64,000 nt of DNA from an uncultured Actinomycetota bacterium (GTDB lineage: Bacteria; Actinomycetota; Actinomycetes; JAFAQI01): positions 192,001 to 256,000 of the forward strand of contig CAVYQE010000002.1 of assembly GCA_963770565.1 (NCBI GenBank), read 5' to 3'. Under the pieces are notes generated by a model. It was given only the letters and a program-made list of their open reading frames with translations. It ran no database searches and had not been told where the DNA came from. A program made the translations under genes and the position numbers. This document shows positions 36,130 to 45,958 of this stretch, in pieces; within the stretch, counting starts at the first letter, position 1; each line of letters starts with the position of its first letter.

Positions 36130-36780
36130 TTACTCGAGGAAGGGCTCGAGCCGGCGGTTGACCGCGTCGAGCGCGGCCCGGATGACCGCCTGCCGGGCGT
36201 CCTCACGGACGACCGCCGAGCCGGTCAGCCGGTCGGTGCCGCTGCTGCTGACCATCGTGACGGACACCAGCGCGGTGCGGTCGTTGCCGCTGCGGGAGAC
36301 CTCGACGTGCTCGAGTTCGAAGCGGGCGGACGAGCCGATCAGCTGCTCGATGGCCCGAAGTGCGGCGGTCGCAACCGCACGCTGTACGCCGCTCTGGGTG
36401 GCGGTGCCAGTGGCCTCGCCGCGAACCGTGCCGTCCTGGTAGGACAGCGAAACCGCAGCGGTGACGTCGAGGCCGGAGGAGACCAGCTGCATCCGGGAGA
36501 TGATCGGCCGGCGGCCGTGGACCGGGACGTCGGGCGAGGTGGCGTCCTCGATCAGCTGGACCTGGTCGGCGTCGACACCGAGGCCGAAGCGCTCGCGCAG
36601 CATCCGGCCGACCTTCGATGCGACCTGGACCTCGTCGACACCGGGCGAGAGGCCGAGCCGGAGCAGGCCCAAGCCGCCCCCTGCGTCGTCGGGCTCGACA
36701 TCGGCGTCCGCGACGCCGGGAACCGTCCGCAGCGCGGCGACGATCTCCGCGTAGTCGGTCACGGTCACGGTTCTCCCCAT
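36130..36780 (-). CDS. hypothetical protein with LeuA-regulatory-like C-terminal fold
   Basis: Repeated beta-beta-beta-alpha pattern ending AVIRAALDAVNRRL. Confidence 0.6.
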   Translation of the reverse strand: MGRTVTVTDYAEIVAALRTVPGVADADVEPDDAGGGLGLLRLGLSPGVDEVQVASKVGRMLRERFGLGVDADQVQLIEDATSPDVPVHGRRPIISRMQLVSSGLDVTAAVSLSYQDGTVRGEATGTATQSGVQRAVATAALRAIEQLIGSSARFELEHVEVSRSGNDRTALVSVTMVSSSGTDRLTGSAVVREDARQAVIRAALDAVNRRLEPFLE

Positions 36781-37025
36781 TCCCTGGGTAGCCGATAGGC
36801 CACCCCTACGTCGGTGATCGGAGTGCCGCTGCGTCTGCTTGAGCCTCGCGGGCATCACTTGCCCTACGAGGGTACGTACTGTCCTGATTTATCCGGTTCG
36901 AGCGAATTATTCCGCCCGTTTGGCTCTGGACCTCCTCACTCGTTCGCCTCACGATGCTCCCTCCGGTCATCGGGAGCACATAAGCGATGATGAACCCACC
37001 AGACCCTGCCGTCTACGGTGAGCAG

Positions 37026-37913
37026 ATGACGTGGGGTCTGCTGGGCGCGTTCGCCGCAGCGATCGCGTACGGCGTCGGCACCATCCTGCAAGCGGTGGGC
37101 GCGCGGACGACCGGGAACGCCGACGACCTCGACGCCAACCTGGTCCGGCGGCTGCTGCACTCGTCGCCGTACATCACCGGTCTGGTGCTCGACGCGGTCG
37201 GCTTCGGGCTGTCCTTCGCCGCGCTGCACACCCTCCCGCTGTTCACCGTGCAGGCGATCATCGCGTCGAGCCTGGCGGTCACCGCCATTCTGGCCGCGGT
37301 CACGATGGGGATGCGCCCGGCGGTGGTCGAGTGGCTCGCACTGCTCGGCGTGACCGCCGGTCTCACCTTGCTCGCGCTGTCCGCGACCGACGAGTCGGCC
37401 ACCCGGCTCGACGAGCTGGACCGCTGGCTGCTGGTCATCAGCGTCGGCGTGGTCGGCGTTTTCGCCTACGTCGCGGCCCGCCGCCGGCACACCCCGAGCC
37501 GCCACGACGGGTGGTCGCTCGGCGGGCTGGCCGGGCTGATGTTCGGCGGGGCCGGGATCGGCGCCCGGATGTTGCAGACCCCGTCCTCGCCCTGGCGGCT
37601 CTTCCTCGACCCCGCGCTCTACGCGATGGCACTCGCCGGGATCCTCGGCCTGCTGATTTATGCGATGGCGGTGCAGCGCGGCAGCGTGACGGTCGCAACC
37701 GCGGCCGTCGTGGTCGCCGAAACACTGGTGCCGGCCGCGGTCGGCATCACGTTGCTCGGCGACCGGCCCGCACCGGGCCACACCACCCTGGCCGCGTTCG
37801 GCTTCGGGCTGACCGTGGCCGGCGCACTTGCCCTGGCCCGGTACGGCGAGCCGACACCCGGTCACAGTGGACGCCTGCGCGAGCTTCCGGTCGGTACGCT
37901 TCCGGCACCGTGA
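37026..37913 (+). CDS. DMT-superfamily membrane protein
   Basis: About 9 TM segments, LPLFTVQ; leaderless TACGGT-N6-ATG. Confidence 0.75.
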   Translation: MTWGLLGAFAAAIAYGVGTILQAVGARTTGNADDLDANLVRRLLHSSPYITGLVLDAVGFGLSFAALHTLPLFTVQAIIASSLAVTAILAAVTMGMRPAVVEWLALLGVTAGLTLLALSATDESATRLDELDRWLLVISVGVVGVFAYVAARRRHTPSRHDGWSLGGLAGLMFGGAGIGARMLQTPSSPWRLFLDPALYAMALAGILGLLIYAMAVQRGSVTVATAAVVVAETLVPAAVGITLLGDRPAPGHTTLAAFGFGLTVAGALALARYGEPTPGHSGRLRELPVGTLPAP

Positions 37914-38542
37914 CAACGACGAACAGCAATCCTGCCCGGGGCACTCGCCTGCCCCGTTCGGTCCGGCGCGAGCAGTTGCTCGGCGCGGCCCAAGAGGTTT
38001 TCGTCGCGAACGGCTATCACGCCGCCGCGATGGACGACATCGCCGAGCGGGCCGGCGTCAGCAAACCCGTTCTCTACCAGCACTTCCCGAGCAAGCTCGA
38101 CCTCTACGTCGCCCTGCTCGACCAGCACGTCGACATGCTCCAGGCGCGCCTGCTGGCCGCCTTGCAAAGTACGACGGACAACCACGAACGGGTGTCGGGT
38201 TGCATCCGGGCCTACTTCGACTTCGTCGACGATCCCGGTGGGGCGTTCCGCTTGGTCTTCGAGTCGGACCTGCGCAACGAGCCGGCGGTGCGGGAGCGGG
38301 TCGAGCGGTCATTGCAACGATCGGTCGAGGCAATCGCCGACACGATCGCGCGCGATACCGGGCTGCAGCGCGCCGACTCCGAGCTCCTGTCCTGCGGGCT
38401 GACCGGAGTCGCCGAGATCAGCGCACGATGGTGGCTGGCGTCGGCCGGCCAGATCCCGAAGGAACGCGCGATCGAGTTGATCCAGGCGCTCGCCTGGCGC
38501 GGGATCTCCGGCTACCCGAGGGTCTCCGACCCCGACGCGTAA
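37910..38542 (+). CDS. TetR family transcriptional regulator
   Basis: MDDIAERAGVSKPVLYQHFPSK. Confidence 0.92.
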   Translation: MTTTNSNPARGTRLPRSVRREQLLGAAQEVFVANGYHAAAMDDIAERAGVSKPVLYQHFPSKLDLYVALLDQHVDMLQARLLAALQSTTDNHERVSGCIRAYFDFVDDPGGAFRLVFESDLRNEPAVRERVERSLQRSVEAIADTIARDTGLQRADSELLSCGLTGVAEISARWWLASAGQIPKERAIELIQALAWRGISGYPRVSDPDA

Positions 38543-38623
38543 CGCCCCGGGCCGGCCGTGGTTTCGCCACCGGCGTACCTGGTTTCACCGCACCGTCGAG
38601 GGCGGTCCACTAGCCTGACTCGC

Positions 38624-38851
38624 GTGGAGGTACGGATTGGCGTCAAAGGCGCCCCGCGAGAGTTGTCGTTCGAGAGCGCACAGTCAGCCGACGAGATCCA
38701 GCAAGCGGTGGAAGAGGCACTGAAGAACAACGCCGCCACCGTGACCCTCGCCGACGAGAAGGGCCGCCGGGTGATGGTCGCGACCGACAAGCTGGCCTAT
38801 GTCGAGATCGCCGAGGCCGACTCGCGCCGGGTCGGGTTCGGCGCGCTCTAA
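38624..38851 (+). CDS. DUF3107 family protein
   Basis: VEVRIGV..APREL, DEKGRR, LAYVEI, VGF. Confidence 0.85.
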   Translation: MEVRIGVKGAPRELSFESAQSADEIQQAVEEALKNNAATVTLADEKGRRVMVATDKLAYVEIAEADSRRVGFGAL

Positions 38852-38875
38852 CCGATCGGTCGTCGCCTGCTCCGG

Positions 38876-39550
38876 CTAGGAGTGCAGGCCTAGCGTGTCC
38901 ATCCGTTCGCTGTGCCGCTGCGTCAGTCGGGCGAGCAACTCCCCCACTGCGGCCAGATCGCCAACGCCGCCGACGATCAGCCGGGCCAGTTCGTCCCGGT
39001 CGACCGCGATCCGCTGCGCCTGAACGAGCGCCTCACCGACCAGCCGCCGGCCCCACAACGCGAGCCGGCCGGCAACAGCCGGATCCGCCTCGGTCGCCGA
39101 GCGCACGTGCGCAACGGCGAACTCCGCGTGGCCGGTGTCACCGAGGACGTCGACGACGAGGGACTGAGTCGAGTCGTCCATGAACTCCGCGAGCTCGCGA
39201 TAGAAGTCAGCGGCAAACCCGTCCCCGACGTAGGCCTTGACCAGGCTCTCCAGCCAGTCGGCCGGCGCGGTGGAGTCGTGGTAGGCGTCGAGCGGTTCGA
39301 CGAACGGCGCCATCGCGACGTTGGAGTCCACGCCGAGCGACGCCAGCCGCTCGTGCAGGACCTGGAAATGCTCGAACTCCGCGACCGCCATCGCGCCGAG
39401 CGCGGCCTTGTCGGCCAGCGTGGGCGCGAGTGACGCATCGCCGGCGAGCCGCTCGAACGCGGTCAGCTCGGCGTAGGCAAGAACGCCCAACAGGTCGATA
39501 ACCGCGAGCTTGCGATCCTCGTCCGTCATCGGGTCGGTCCACTCGCTCAT
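38876..39550 (-). CDS. ferritin-like fold (MiaE-like) protein
   Basis: LAYAELTAFERL, EFEH, LVKAYVGD, RLALWGRRL. Confidence 0.85.
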   Translation of the reverse strand: MSEWTDPMTDEDRKLAVIDLLGVLAYAELTAFERLAGDASLAPTLADKAALGAMAVAEFEHFQVLHERLASLGVDSNVAMAPFVEPLDAYHDSTAPADWLESLVKAYVGDGFAADFYRELAEFMDDSTQSLVVDVLGDTGHAEFAVAHVRSATEADPAVAGRLALWGRRLVGEALVQAQRIAVDRDELARLIVGGVGDLAAVGELLARLTQRHSERMDTLGLHS

Positions 39551-39756
39551 TGCCCGACACTATCGAGCAACGCCCGCTGAACGGCCTCAGCGCACTACAC
39601 TGGCCATCAGTACGACATTTCGCGGAGAGCCGTGGTGTCGGCCCCCCGCGGTTGTCGCGGGCGCGGGCCAGCCGCCAAGTGTGCAGACGGACTCCGCACA
39701 AACGAGCTCTGCCGTGTATTGCCAGGCAATCCTGGGCAGAGGCTAGGAGTCCCACC

Positions 39757-41370
39757 GTGAAGACCTTCGCCGATCTCGGCGTCGATGACGACATCGTCGC
39801 GACGCTGGCAGCGCGAGACATCACCCATCCGTTCCCGATCCAGTCACTCACCATCCCGCTGGCGCTCAAGGGCCACGACCTGATCGGTCAGGCCCGCACC
39901 GGCACGGGGAAGACCATTGCGTTCGCACTGCCGCTCCTGCACCTGGTCGAAGCCGGCCGCGCGGACGGCAAGCCCCAGGCCCTCGTGGTGGCCCCCACCC
40001 GGGAGCTCGCCAGTCAGGTCGCCCGTGACATCGAGCTGGCGAGCGGCGACCGTCGCACCCGGATCCTGGTCATCTACGGCGGCCGGGCCTACGAGCCGCA
40101 GCTGGAAGCACTCCGCAAGGGGGTCGACGTCGTCGTCGGTACGCCCGGCCGGCTACTCGACCTCGCCAAGCAGCGTGCGCTCGATCTATCCCAGGTGAAG
40201 ATCCTCGTGCTCGACGAGGCGGACGAGATGCTCGACCTGGGCTTCCTGCCGGACGTCGAGCGGATCGTCGCCCAGGTCGCCGAGGTCCGCCAGACGATGC
40301 TGTTCTCGGCCACCATGCCGGGCCCGGTCGTCGCGCTGGCCCGCCGCTACCTGCGCCACCCCACCCACATCCGCGCCGAGTCACCGGATGAGAGCTCGAT
40401 GGTGCCGACCACCAGCCAGTTCGTGTTTCGCGCCCACCACCTCGACAAGCCGGAGGTGCTCGCCCGGGTCATGCAGGCCGACGGCCGCGGCCTGGCGATG
40501 GTGTTCACCCGAACGAAGCGATCCGCCGACCGGATCGCCGCCGACCTCGAGGAGCGCGGCTTCGCCGCGGCGGCAGTGCACGGTGACCTCGGCCAGGGCG
40601 CCCGCGAGCGGGCGCTTCGCGCGTTCCGCAGCGGCAAGGTCGACATCCTGGTCGCGACCGACGTCGCCGCGCGCGGCATCGACATCGCCGGCGTGACCCA
40701 CGTCATCAACTACGAGTGCCCGGACGACGAGAAGACCTACCTCCACCGGATCGGACGCACCGGCCGGGCCGGCGAGGTCGGCTGCGCGATCACCTTCGTC
40801 GACTGGGCCGACGGCTACCGCTGGGGCATGATCAACAAGGCCCTCGACCTCCCGTTCCCGGAGCCCGAGGAGACCTACTCGACCTCCGACGTGCTGTATG
40901 AGGAGCTCGACATCCCGCGTACGGCGACCGGCCGGCTCCCGCGCGCGCAGCGGACCCGCGAAGGGCTCGACGCCGAGGCGATCGAGGATCTCGGCGAGAC
41001 CGGGCGGCGTCAGCCAGCCGGCGGTCGGACCACCACCCGCGCGCCCCGATCCGGCGGCGGCAGCCGATCAGCGGCCGGCAACCGGTCCTCCGGCCGAGCC
41101 GGCTCGGGCAGCCGACCCGAGCGCGCCCCCCGCTCCGAGCCCGCGGCCGCATCCCCCGCAGCCGATGGGGCGGCCCGGCCCAAGCGGCGCCGCAAGCGCA
41201 CTCGTAGCGGCGTACCGAGCGCTGAAGCCCGGAGCACGACTGCGGCCGGCAACGGCGCGGCGCCAACATCCGCGGCCGGCGGCATCGAGGGAGCGCCTCC
41301 GCGCCGCCGCAGCCGCAGTCGGGCAGGCGCAGCCGCCACGGCTTCCAGCGAGCCAAGAACCACCACGTAA
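39757..41370 (+). CDS. DEAD-box RNA helicase
   Basis: Q motif, ARTGTGKT, PTREL, DEAD, SAT, HRIGRTGR; Arg-rich tail. Confidence 0.95.
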   Translation: MKTFADLGVDDDIVATLAARDITHPFPIQSLTIPLALKGHDLIGQARTGTGKTIAFALPLLHLVEAGRADGKPQALVVAPTRELASQVARDIELASGDRRTRILVIYGGRAYEPQLEALRKGVDVVVGTPGRLLDLAKQRALDLSQVKILVLDEADEMLDLGFLPDVERIVAQVAEVRQTMLFSATMPGPVVALARRYLRHPTHIRAESPDESSMVPTTSQFVFRAHHLDKPEVLARVMQADGRGLAMVFTRTKRSADRIAADLEERGFAAAAVHGDLGQGARERALRAFRSGKVDILVATDVAARGIDIAGVTHVINYECPDDEKTYLHRIGRTGRAGEVGCAITFVDWADGYRWGMINKALDLPFPEPEETYSTSDVLYEELDIPRTATGRLPRAQRTREGLDAEAIEDLGETGRRQPAGGRTTTRAPRSGGGSRSAAGNRSSGRAGSGSRPERAPRSEPAAASPAADGAARPKRRRKRTRSGVPSAEARSTTAAGNGAAPTSAAGGIEGAPPRRRSRSRAGAAATASSEPRTTT

Positions 41371-41436
41371 CGGGATCAAGGGATTGCCGCGGTCGGCCGA
41401 TGCTTGTGGGAACGACGACCGAGGAGGGAACCGACC

Positions 41437-41880
41437 GTGGTGATGCGAACGGTGGGTAACCGGCATGCTGCCGAAGACGTCGAGGACCTCGCCACCTGGG
41501 TTCGCGGGCTCGGCGACTGCCCGCCCGTCACCCAAACGGCCTTCGCCGCCTGCCGCCACCCGGGGCACGGCGACGATCCCGCGAGCTGGTTCTACGTCGA
41601 GGCCGACGCCGAGGGCGGGGTGGCCCGGCTGCGTTGCCTGGCCGGTGGCCACGCCAATGACGTGCTCGACTCCGCCGAGCACTGGACCTACCCGGGGGTC
41701 TGGGCCTGCCGCGCCTGCGGCCAGTCGATCGCCGAGATTGTGTACGGCATCCACGACGAGGCCGGCACCGCCGCCTGGCTGATGATCGCAGCGCGTTGCG
41801 TCGAGTGCGGCGACGTCGCCGGGCTGACCGACTTCGTCCTGAACGACGTGCCGGTCGACAGCCTGCTCGCCCAGCTCTGA
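41437..41880 (+). CDS. Cys-rich hypothetical protein (putative Zn ribbons)
   Basis: CRH, CLAGGH, CRAC, CVEC; GAGGAGG RBS. Confidence 0.65.
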   Translation: MVMRTVGNRHAAEDVEDLATWVRGLGDCPPVTQTAFAACRHPGHGDDPASWFYVEADAEGGVARLRCLAGGHANDVLDSAEHWTYPGVWACRACGQSIAEIVYGIHDEAGTAAWLMIAARCVECGDVAGLTDFVLNDVPVDSLLAQL

Positions 41881-41895
41881 AGCCCGAGCTGCTGC

Positions 41896-42270
41896 TCAGA
41901 TCTGGAGCGTGAAGCGGACCCAGCTCGGTCGGCCGCACGCCGGACAACGCATGTACGTCGGATAGTCGTGCTTCAGCACGCCGACCGCGTGGACCTCGGT
42001 GCCGTGACCGACCCGAAGCCCTAGGTGCAACGACGGGAACGCGGCCCGCAACGCCTGGCTCAGACCGAGCACCGTGCGGCCCTCGCAGCGCGAACACTCC
42101 ACCAGCGCCGACCCCACGCTCGGCGTCGGTGCCTCGGTGGCTGAGGAGAACAACACCCGCTTACCTTGCGCGTCATGCGCCGGCTCGGCCCCGAAGGCCG
42201 GCCGCGCCTGCGTTCGCGGCCGCAGCCGATCGAAGCTCGAACCCGGTCCGGCCGGGTGTGACGTCGTCAT
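41896..42270 (-). CDS. small Zn-ribbon-like hypothetical protein
   Basis: CSRC...CPAC; ATGA overlap with parA. Confidence 0.65.
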   Translation of the reverse strand: MTTSHPAGPGSSFDRLRPRTQARPAFGAEPAHDAQGKRVLFSSATEAPTPSVGSALVECSRCEGRTVLGLSQALRAAFPSLHLGLRVGHGTEVHAVGVLKHDYPTYMRCPACGRPSWVRFTLQI

Positions 42271-43121
42271 GCCCGGTCACGAGCCGGTTCGGTGAGGTCG
42301 ATCTGCGGGCGTACGCCGGCCGCCGCCGCCGACAAGAACGCGAGCGCGTCCGCATCGTCGGGCAGCCCGGCCAGCCGACCGGCAAGAACCCGGTAGGCAA
42401 CCGCACCCGGCGTACGCCGAGCGGTCCGCATGATCGAGTGCCCGACCGCCGGCGCCTCGGCGAACCGGATGGATCGCGGGATCGGCGGGTCGATCACGTC
42501 GAGGCCGTAGCGAATCGCGACATCCGCGAGCACCGCGCGGGTGTGGTTGGTCCGCCCGTCGAACAACGTCGGCAGGACGCCCATCACGTGCAGCTGCGGA
42601 TTGGTCAGGCGCTGGACGTCGTGGACCGTGTCGAGCAGCTGACCGACGCCGCGGTGGGACAGGGTCTCGCACTGCAGCGGCACGATCACCTCGTCCGCCG
42701 CGGTCAGAGCGTTGAGGGTGAGCACCCCGAGGGTCGGGCCGCAGTCGATCAGGATGATGTCGTAGCGGTCCCGGACCTCGTCGAGGGCGTGGCGCAACAC
42801 ATACTCGCGACCCGTGCGAGTGAGCAGCATGGCCTCGCAGCCGGCCAGCTCGATCGTGGCCGGGAGCACGTCAGGCCCCTCCGCGGTCGGCAGCACCACC
42901 ATTCGCGCGGACACCCGGCCGAGCAGGACGTCGTGGATCGACAGGTCGAGCGATTCGGGATCGAGGCCGAGCGAGAAGGTGAGGCAGGCCTGCGGATCGA
43001 GATCGACCGCGAGCACCCGCTTGCCCAGCTCGGTCAGCGCGGTAGCCAGCGACGCAACCGTGGTCGTCTTGGCGACGCCGCCCTTCTGGTTGGCGACGGC
43101 GTACGTGCGGGCGATCGTCAC
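42267..43121 (-). CDS. orphan ParA/Soj family ATPase
   Basis: NQKGGVAKTT, DLDPQ, IDCGP. Confidence 0.92.
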   Translation of the reverse strand: MTIARTYAVANQKGGVAKTTTVASLATALTELGKRVLAVDLDPQACLTFSLGLDPESLDLSIHDVLLGRVSARMVVLPTAEGPDVLPATIELAGCEAMLLTRTGREYVLRHALDEVRDRYDIILIDCGPTLGVLTLNALTAADEVIVPLQCETLSHRGVGQLLDTVHDVQRLTNPQLHVMGVLPTLFDGRTNHTRAVLADVAIRYGLDVIDPPIPRSIRFAEAPAVGHSIMRTARRTPGAVAYRVLAGRLAGLPDDADALAFLSAAAAGVRPQIDLTEPARDRA

Positions 43122-43258
43122 AGCTGGTCCTGCCCGGTCTCGACGCGACCCCCGACGCCGTACAGCGCCTGAGCCGATGCGCTCCCAAGGCTAGCGGGTA
43201 GCCTGCCCGCCGTGGTCGGCCAACGTCTCAGCCCCCGCCCGGCACCGGGAAGGCCGCA

Positions 43259-44137
43259 ATGAGTGTGCCGCGCCACCTCGATCTGGCGCCCGAGCTGTCC
43301 GCAACGCGCGTGACGGCTGCGTCCGGTGAGCTCGCCGCGCTGGTCGCGACTCCACCCGATGACGTCGTACGACGACCGGCGGTCCTCGCCGTACCCGGCT
43401 ACACCGGCAGCAAGGAGGACTTCCTGCACCTGCTGCCGCTGCTCGCGCGGATCGGCCATCCGGTGATCGCGATCGACCTGCGCGGGCAGCACGAGTCCGG
43501 CGGGCCCGAGGACGTGGACGCCTACACGATCGACGCGCTCGGCGCGGACATCGCCTCGCTGCTCCACGCCGGTGAACCCATGCACGTGCTCGCACACTCC
43601 TTCGGCGGGCTGGTCTGCCGCGCCGCCGTGCTGGCCGGTGCGCCGGTCCTGTCGCTGACCCTGCTCGGCTCCGGGCCGGGCGCGCTCGGCGGCAACCGTG
43701 GCCTGCTGATCGAGCTGATGCAGCCGCTGCTGGCCGAAGGCGGCGTCCCTGCGGTGTGGGAGGCCTCCCAGGCGATCAGCGCGGCCGACCCGAAGTCCGC
43801 CGATGTGCCGCCGGAGGTGCAGGAGTTCGTGCGCCGGCGCTTCCTGGCCGCGCCGGACGCCGCGATGCTGGGCATGGGTACGGCGCTGATCACGGCCACC
43901 GATCAGGTCGAGGAGCTGCGCGAGCTCGCGCTGCCGATCCTCGTGGCGCACGGCGAGGCGGACGACGCGTGGACCCCTGCCGAGCAGCGCGACATGGCCG
44001 AGCGGCTCGGCGCGCGCTATCACGTGTTCGAGGCGGCCGGCCATTCGCCCGCGGTCGACGTACCCGAGGCAACCGCAGAGCTCCTCGAAACCTTCTGGTC
44101 GTCGCTCAGCAATGTCACATTGCCCAGGGAAACCTAG
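43259..44137 (+). CDS. alpha/beta hydrolase
   Basis: PGYTGSKEDF, AHSFGG, AGHSP; last codons lie inside repeat family A. Confidence 0.88.
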   Translation: MSVPRHLDLAPELSATRVTAASGELAALVATPPDDVVRRPAVLAVPGYTGSKEDFLHLLPLLARIGHPVIAIDLRGQHESGGPEDVDAYTIDALGADIASLLHAGEPMHVLAHSFGGLVCRAAVLAGAPVLSLTLLGSGPGALGGNRGLLIELMQPLLAEGGVPAVWEASQAISAADPKSADVPPEVQEFVRRRFLAAPDAAMLGMGTALITATDQVEELRELALPILVAHGEADDAWTPAEQRDMAERLGARYHVFEAAGHSPAVDVPEATAELLETFWSSLSNVTLPRET

Positions 44138-44186
44138 GGGTGCAGTCACATTGCCCCCACGAAGTGGTGGGCAATGTGACATTGCT
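44108..44186. repeat. 79-bp palindromic REP/MITE-like element, family A, copy 2
   Basis: Same 18-bp terminal inverted repeats and same length as 11540-11618. Confidence 0.85.
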
Positions 44187-44191
44187 TGGAG

Positions 44192-45064
44192 CTAGTCGAG
44201 GAGGTCGTCGACGGTTGAGCTGATCTCGCTCGGCAGGCCGGCCCACGGCATGACCCGCTGCGGCGTTGCGGCCTGGCCGTCAGGACAGTGCGCGCGGTAG
44301 TCACACCACCCGCAGAGCTGGCCGGGCCGGGTGGGGAACGCGTCATCGCCGTCGCCGGCCGCCTCACGCGCGACCGCCGCGGCGACCTCGTCGGCGATCT
44401 CCTCGGCCCGGCCGAGATGGCGGGCGAGGGTCTCGTCCGTGTGCTCCCAGCTCACCACCTCGCCGCTCGGCAGGTGGTGCAGCTCGACCCGATGGCACGG
44501 CCGCCGCATCGTGCGTGCGGCCGCCAACGCGTAGAGCGCCAGGGCCAGCGAACCCCTCGCGTCATCGGTCGTCAGGATGTGGCGGCCGGTCTTGTAGTCG
44601 ACGACGACCAGCTCCTCGCCGCGCCGGTCGAGCCGGTCGATCCGCCCCGAAGCGGCCAGCCGATCGGTCTTGAGCGCTACGGTTCGCTCCACCCCGAGCG
44701 GCTCGTCGGCCGGGTCGAGCCGGGCGGCGTAGCGGGTCACCATGTCCGCCGCGCGCTCCCGCCATTCATCGGCCTGCTCCTCGTCGCGGAAACCCAGCGG
44801 TGACCACTTCTCCCGGACCAGCCCACCAGCCGCCGCGGGGGTCCGCCCGGCCTCGGGGAGCGACCACCAGGTGGCCAGCGCGACGTGCGCCGCGGCACCC
44901 ACGCTGTTGTGCGCCCACGGCGGCCCCTTCGGCGGCGGCGGCCGGTCGACATAGGTGAACCGGTAACGCCGCGGGCAGTCCAACCAGGCGGCCAGCCTGG
45001 ACGGAGTACAGGTGAACAGACGGCGTGGCAGGACCACGTCGAGCTCGCCCTGGCGATCCGTCAC
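44192..45064 (-). CDS. PD-(D/E)XK RecB-family nuclease (solo Cas4-like)
   Basis: DCPRRY, GRIDRLD, DYKTG, CGWCDYRAHCP. Confidence 0.88.
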   Translation of the reverse strand: MTDRQGELDVVLPRRLFTCTPSRLAAWLDCPRRYRFTYVDRPPPPKGPPWAHNSVGAAAHVALATWWSLPEAGRTPAAAGGLVREKWSPLGFRDEEQADEWRERAADMVTRYAARLDPADEPLGVERTVALKTDRLAASGRIDRLDRRGEELVVVDYKTGRHILTTDDARGSLALALYALAAARTMRRPCHRVELHHLPSGEVVSWEHTDETLARHLGRAEEIADEVAAAVAREAAGDGDDAFPTRPGQLCGWCDYRAHCPDGQAATPQRVMPWAGLPSEISSTVDDLLD

Positions 45065-45130
45065 CCGACCAGTGTCGTCGCCGGCAACGACAGCGTCAGC
45101 CCGCGACGCGCAGCTGTGGAGGCGGAACCG

Positions 45131-45775
45131 TCAGCTCGCCTCGGGCAACGTCGACAAGCGCGGCGAGAGTGAGCCGAAGGCGATGCCGATATCGATGAGG
45201 CCGTCACGCAGGTCGGTCAGCGCCACGTCGTCGTACATGAGCACTCCGGCGGTCGCCGGCCAGACCACCGCCCACAGCCACTGTCCCTTCGCCTCGCCGA
45301 CGAAGGTGGCCCGGTCGTGGCCGCCGGGCACGCTCCACATCGCGGTCGGGTGGTTGGCGGCGAGCACCCTGGCGTCCGGGTGACCGGTGTCGAAGCCGAC
45401 GCCGGGGTCGGCCTGCCCGAACCCGGCGTACCTCGCGCCGAGCCCGACCCCCGGCTCCTCGGCCACGATCATCAGCTCGGCCGCGCCACCGAGCGGGCTC
45501 GGCCCGGTCAGGCAGGTGACCGTGGCGCACGCCCCGGTGCGCTCGTCGCCGGCGTACGCCACTCCGCTGCACACCCATCCGCGCGGAAGCGGACTGGGCA
45601 TCCACAGCGGAACGACCGCGCGGCCCACCACGTGCTCGACCGCGTCGAGGCCGATGTGCGACAGCACCATGTACGGGTGCACGACGCCGTGGCGCGGGCA
45701 CTCCCAGGCGCTCGACCACAACCCCGGCGGGCGCAGGTCGTTGCCGCACCGAGGACACATCGGGTCCTGATGCAC
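45131..45775 (-). CDS. conserved actinobacterial protein (DUF6758-like)
   Basis: CPRC..W.C..HG, AEEPGVGLGA, VGEAKGQWLW. Confidence 0.7.
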   Translation of the reverse strand: MHQDPMCPRCGNDLRPPGLWSSAWECPRHGVVHPYMVLSHIGLDAVEHVVGRAVVPLWMPSPLPRGWVCSGVAYAGDERTGACATVTCLTGPSPLGGAAELMIVAEEPGVGLGARYAGFGQADPGVGFDTGHPDARVLAANHPTAMWSVPGGHDRATFVGEAKGQWLWAVVWPATAGVLMYDDVALTDLRDGLIDIGIAFGSLSPRLSTLPEAS

Positions 45776-45958
45776 AACGTCACGCTGAGCCGTGCAAGGC
45801 GCCACGTCAATAGGCCAGCCGCGTCAACTCATGGCCGAGCGTCGGCCGACTGTAGGACCCGCGCGAGGCGAACGCGCGAGATGGTGCGCTTTGCAGCGGA
45901 TCGCCCACCTCCGCGACTACGCTTCGCGTACCGCTGGGCATACCACTAGGGAGGGGTA

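Noticed and set aside
41000-41370. Low-complexity repeat region
   Set aside because: Ordinary Arg/Ala/Ser-rich disordered tail of the DEAD-box helicase, with no exact DNA repeat.
44108-45064. Cas4-like nuclease next to a repeat, read as a CRISPR system
   Set aside because: No repeat-spacer array and no cas1/cas2. Solo RecB-family nucleases are common in actinomycetes, and the other copy of the repeat has no nuclease beside it.
45776-45958. tRNA or ncRNA in the DUF6758-NUDIX gap
   Set aside because: No cloverleaf, T-loop or recognisable motif; consistent with divergent promoters.
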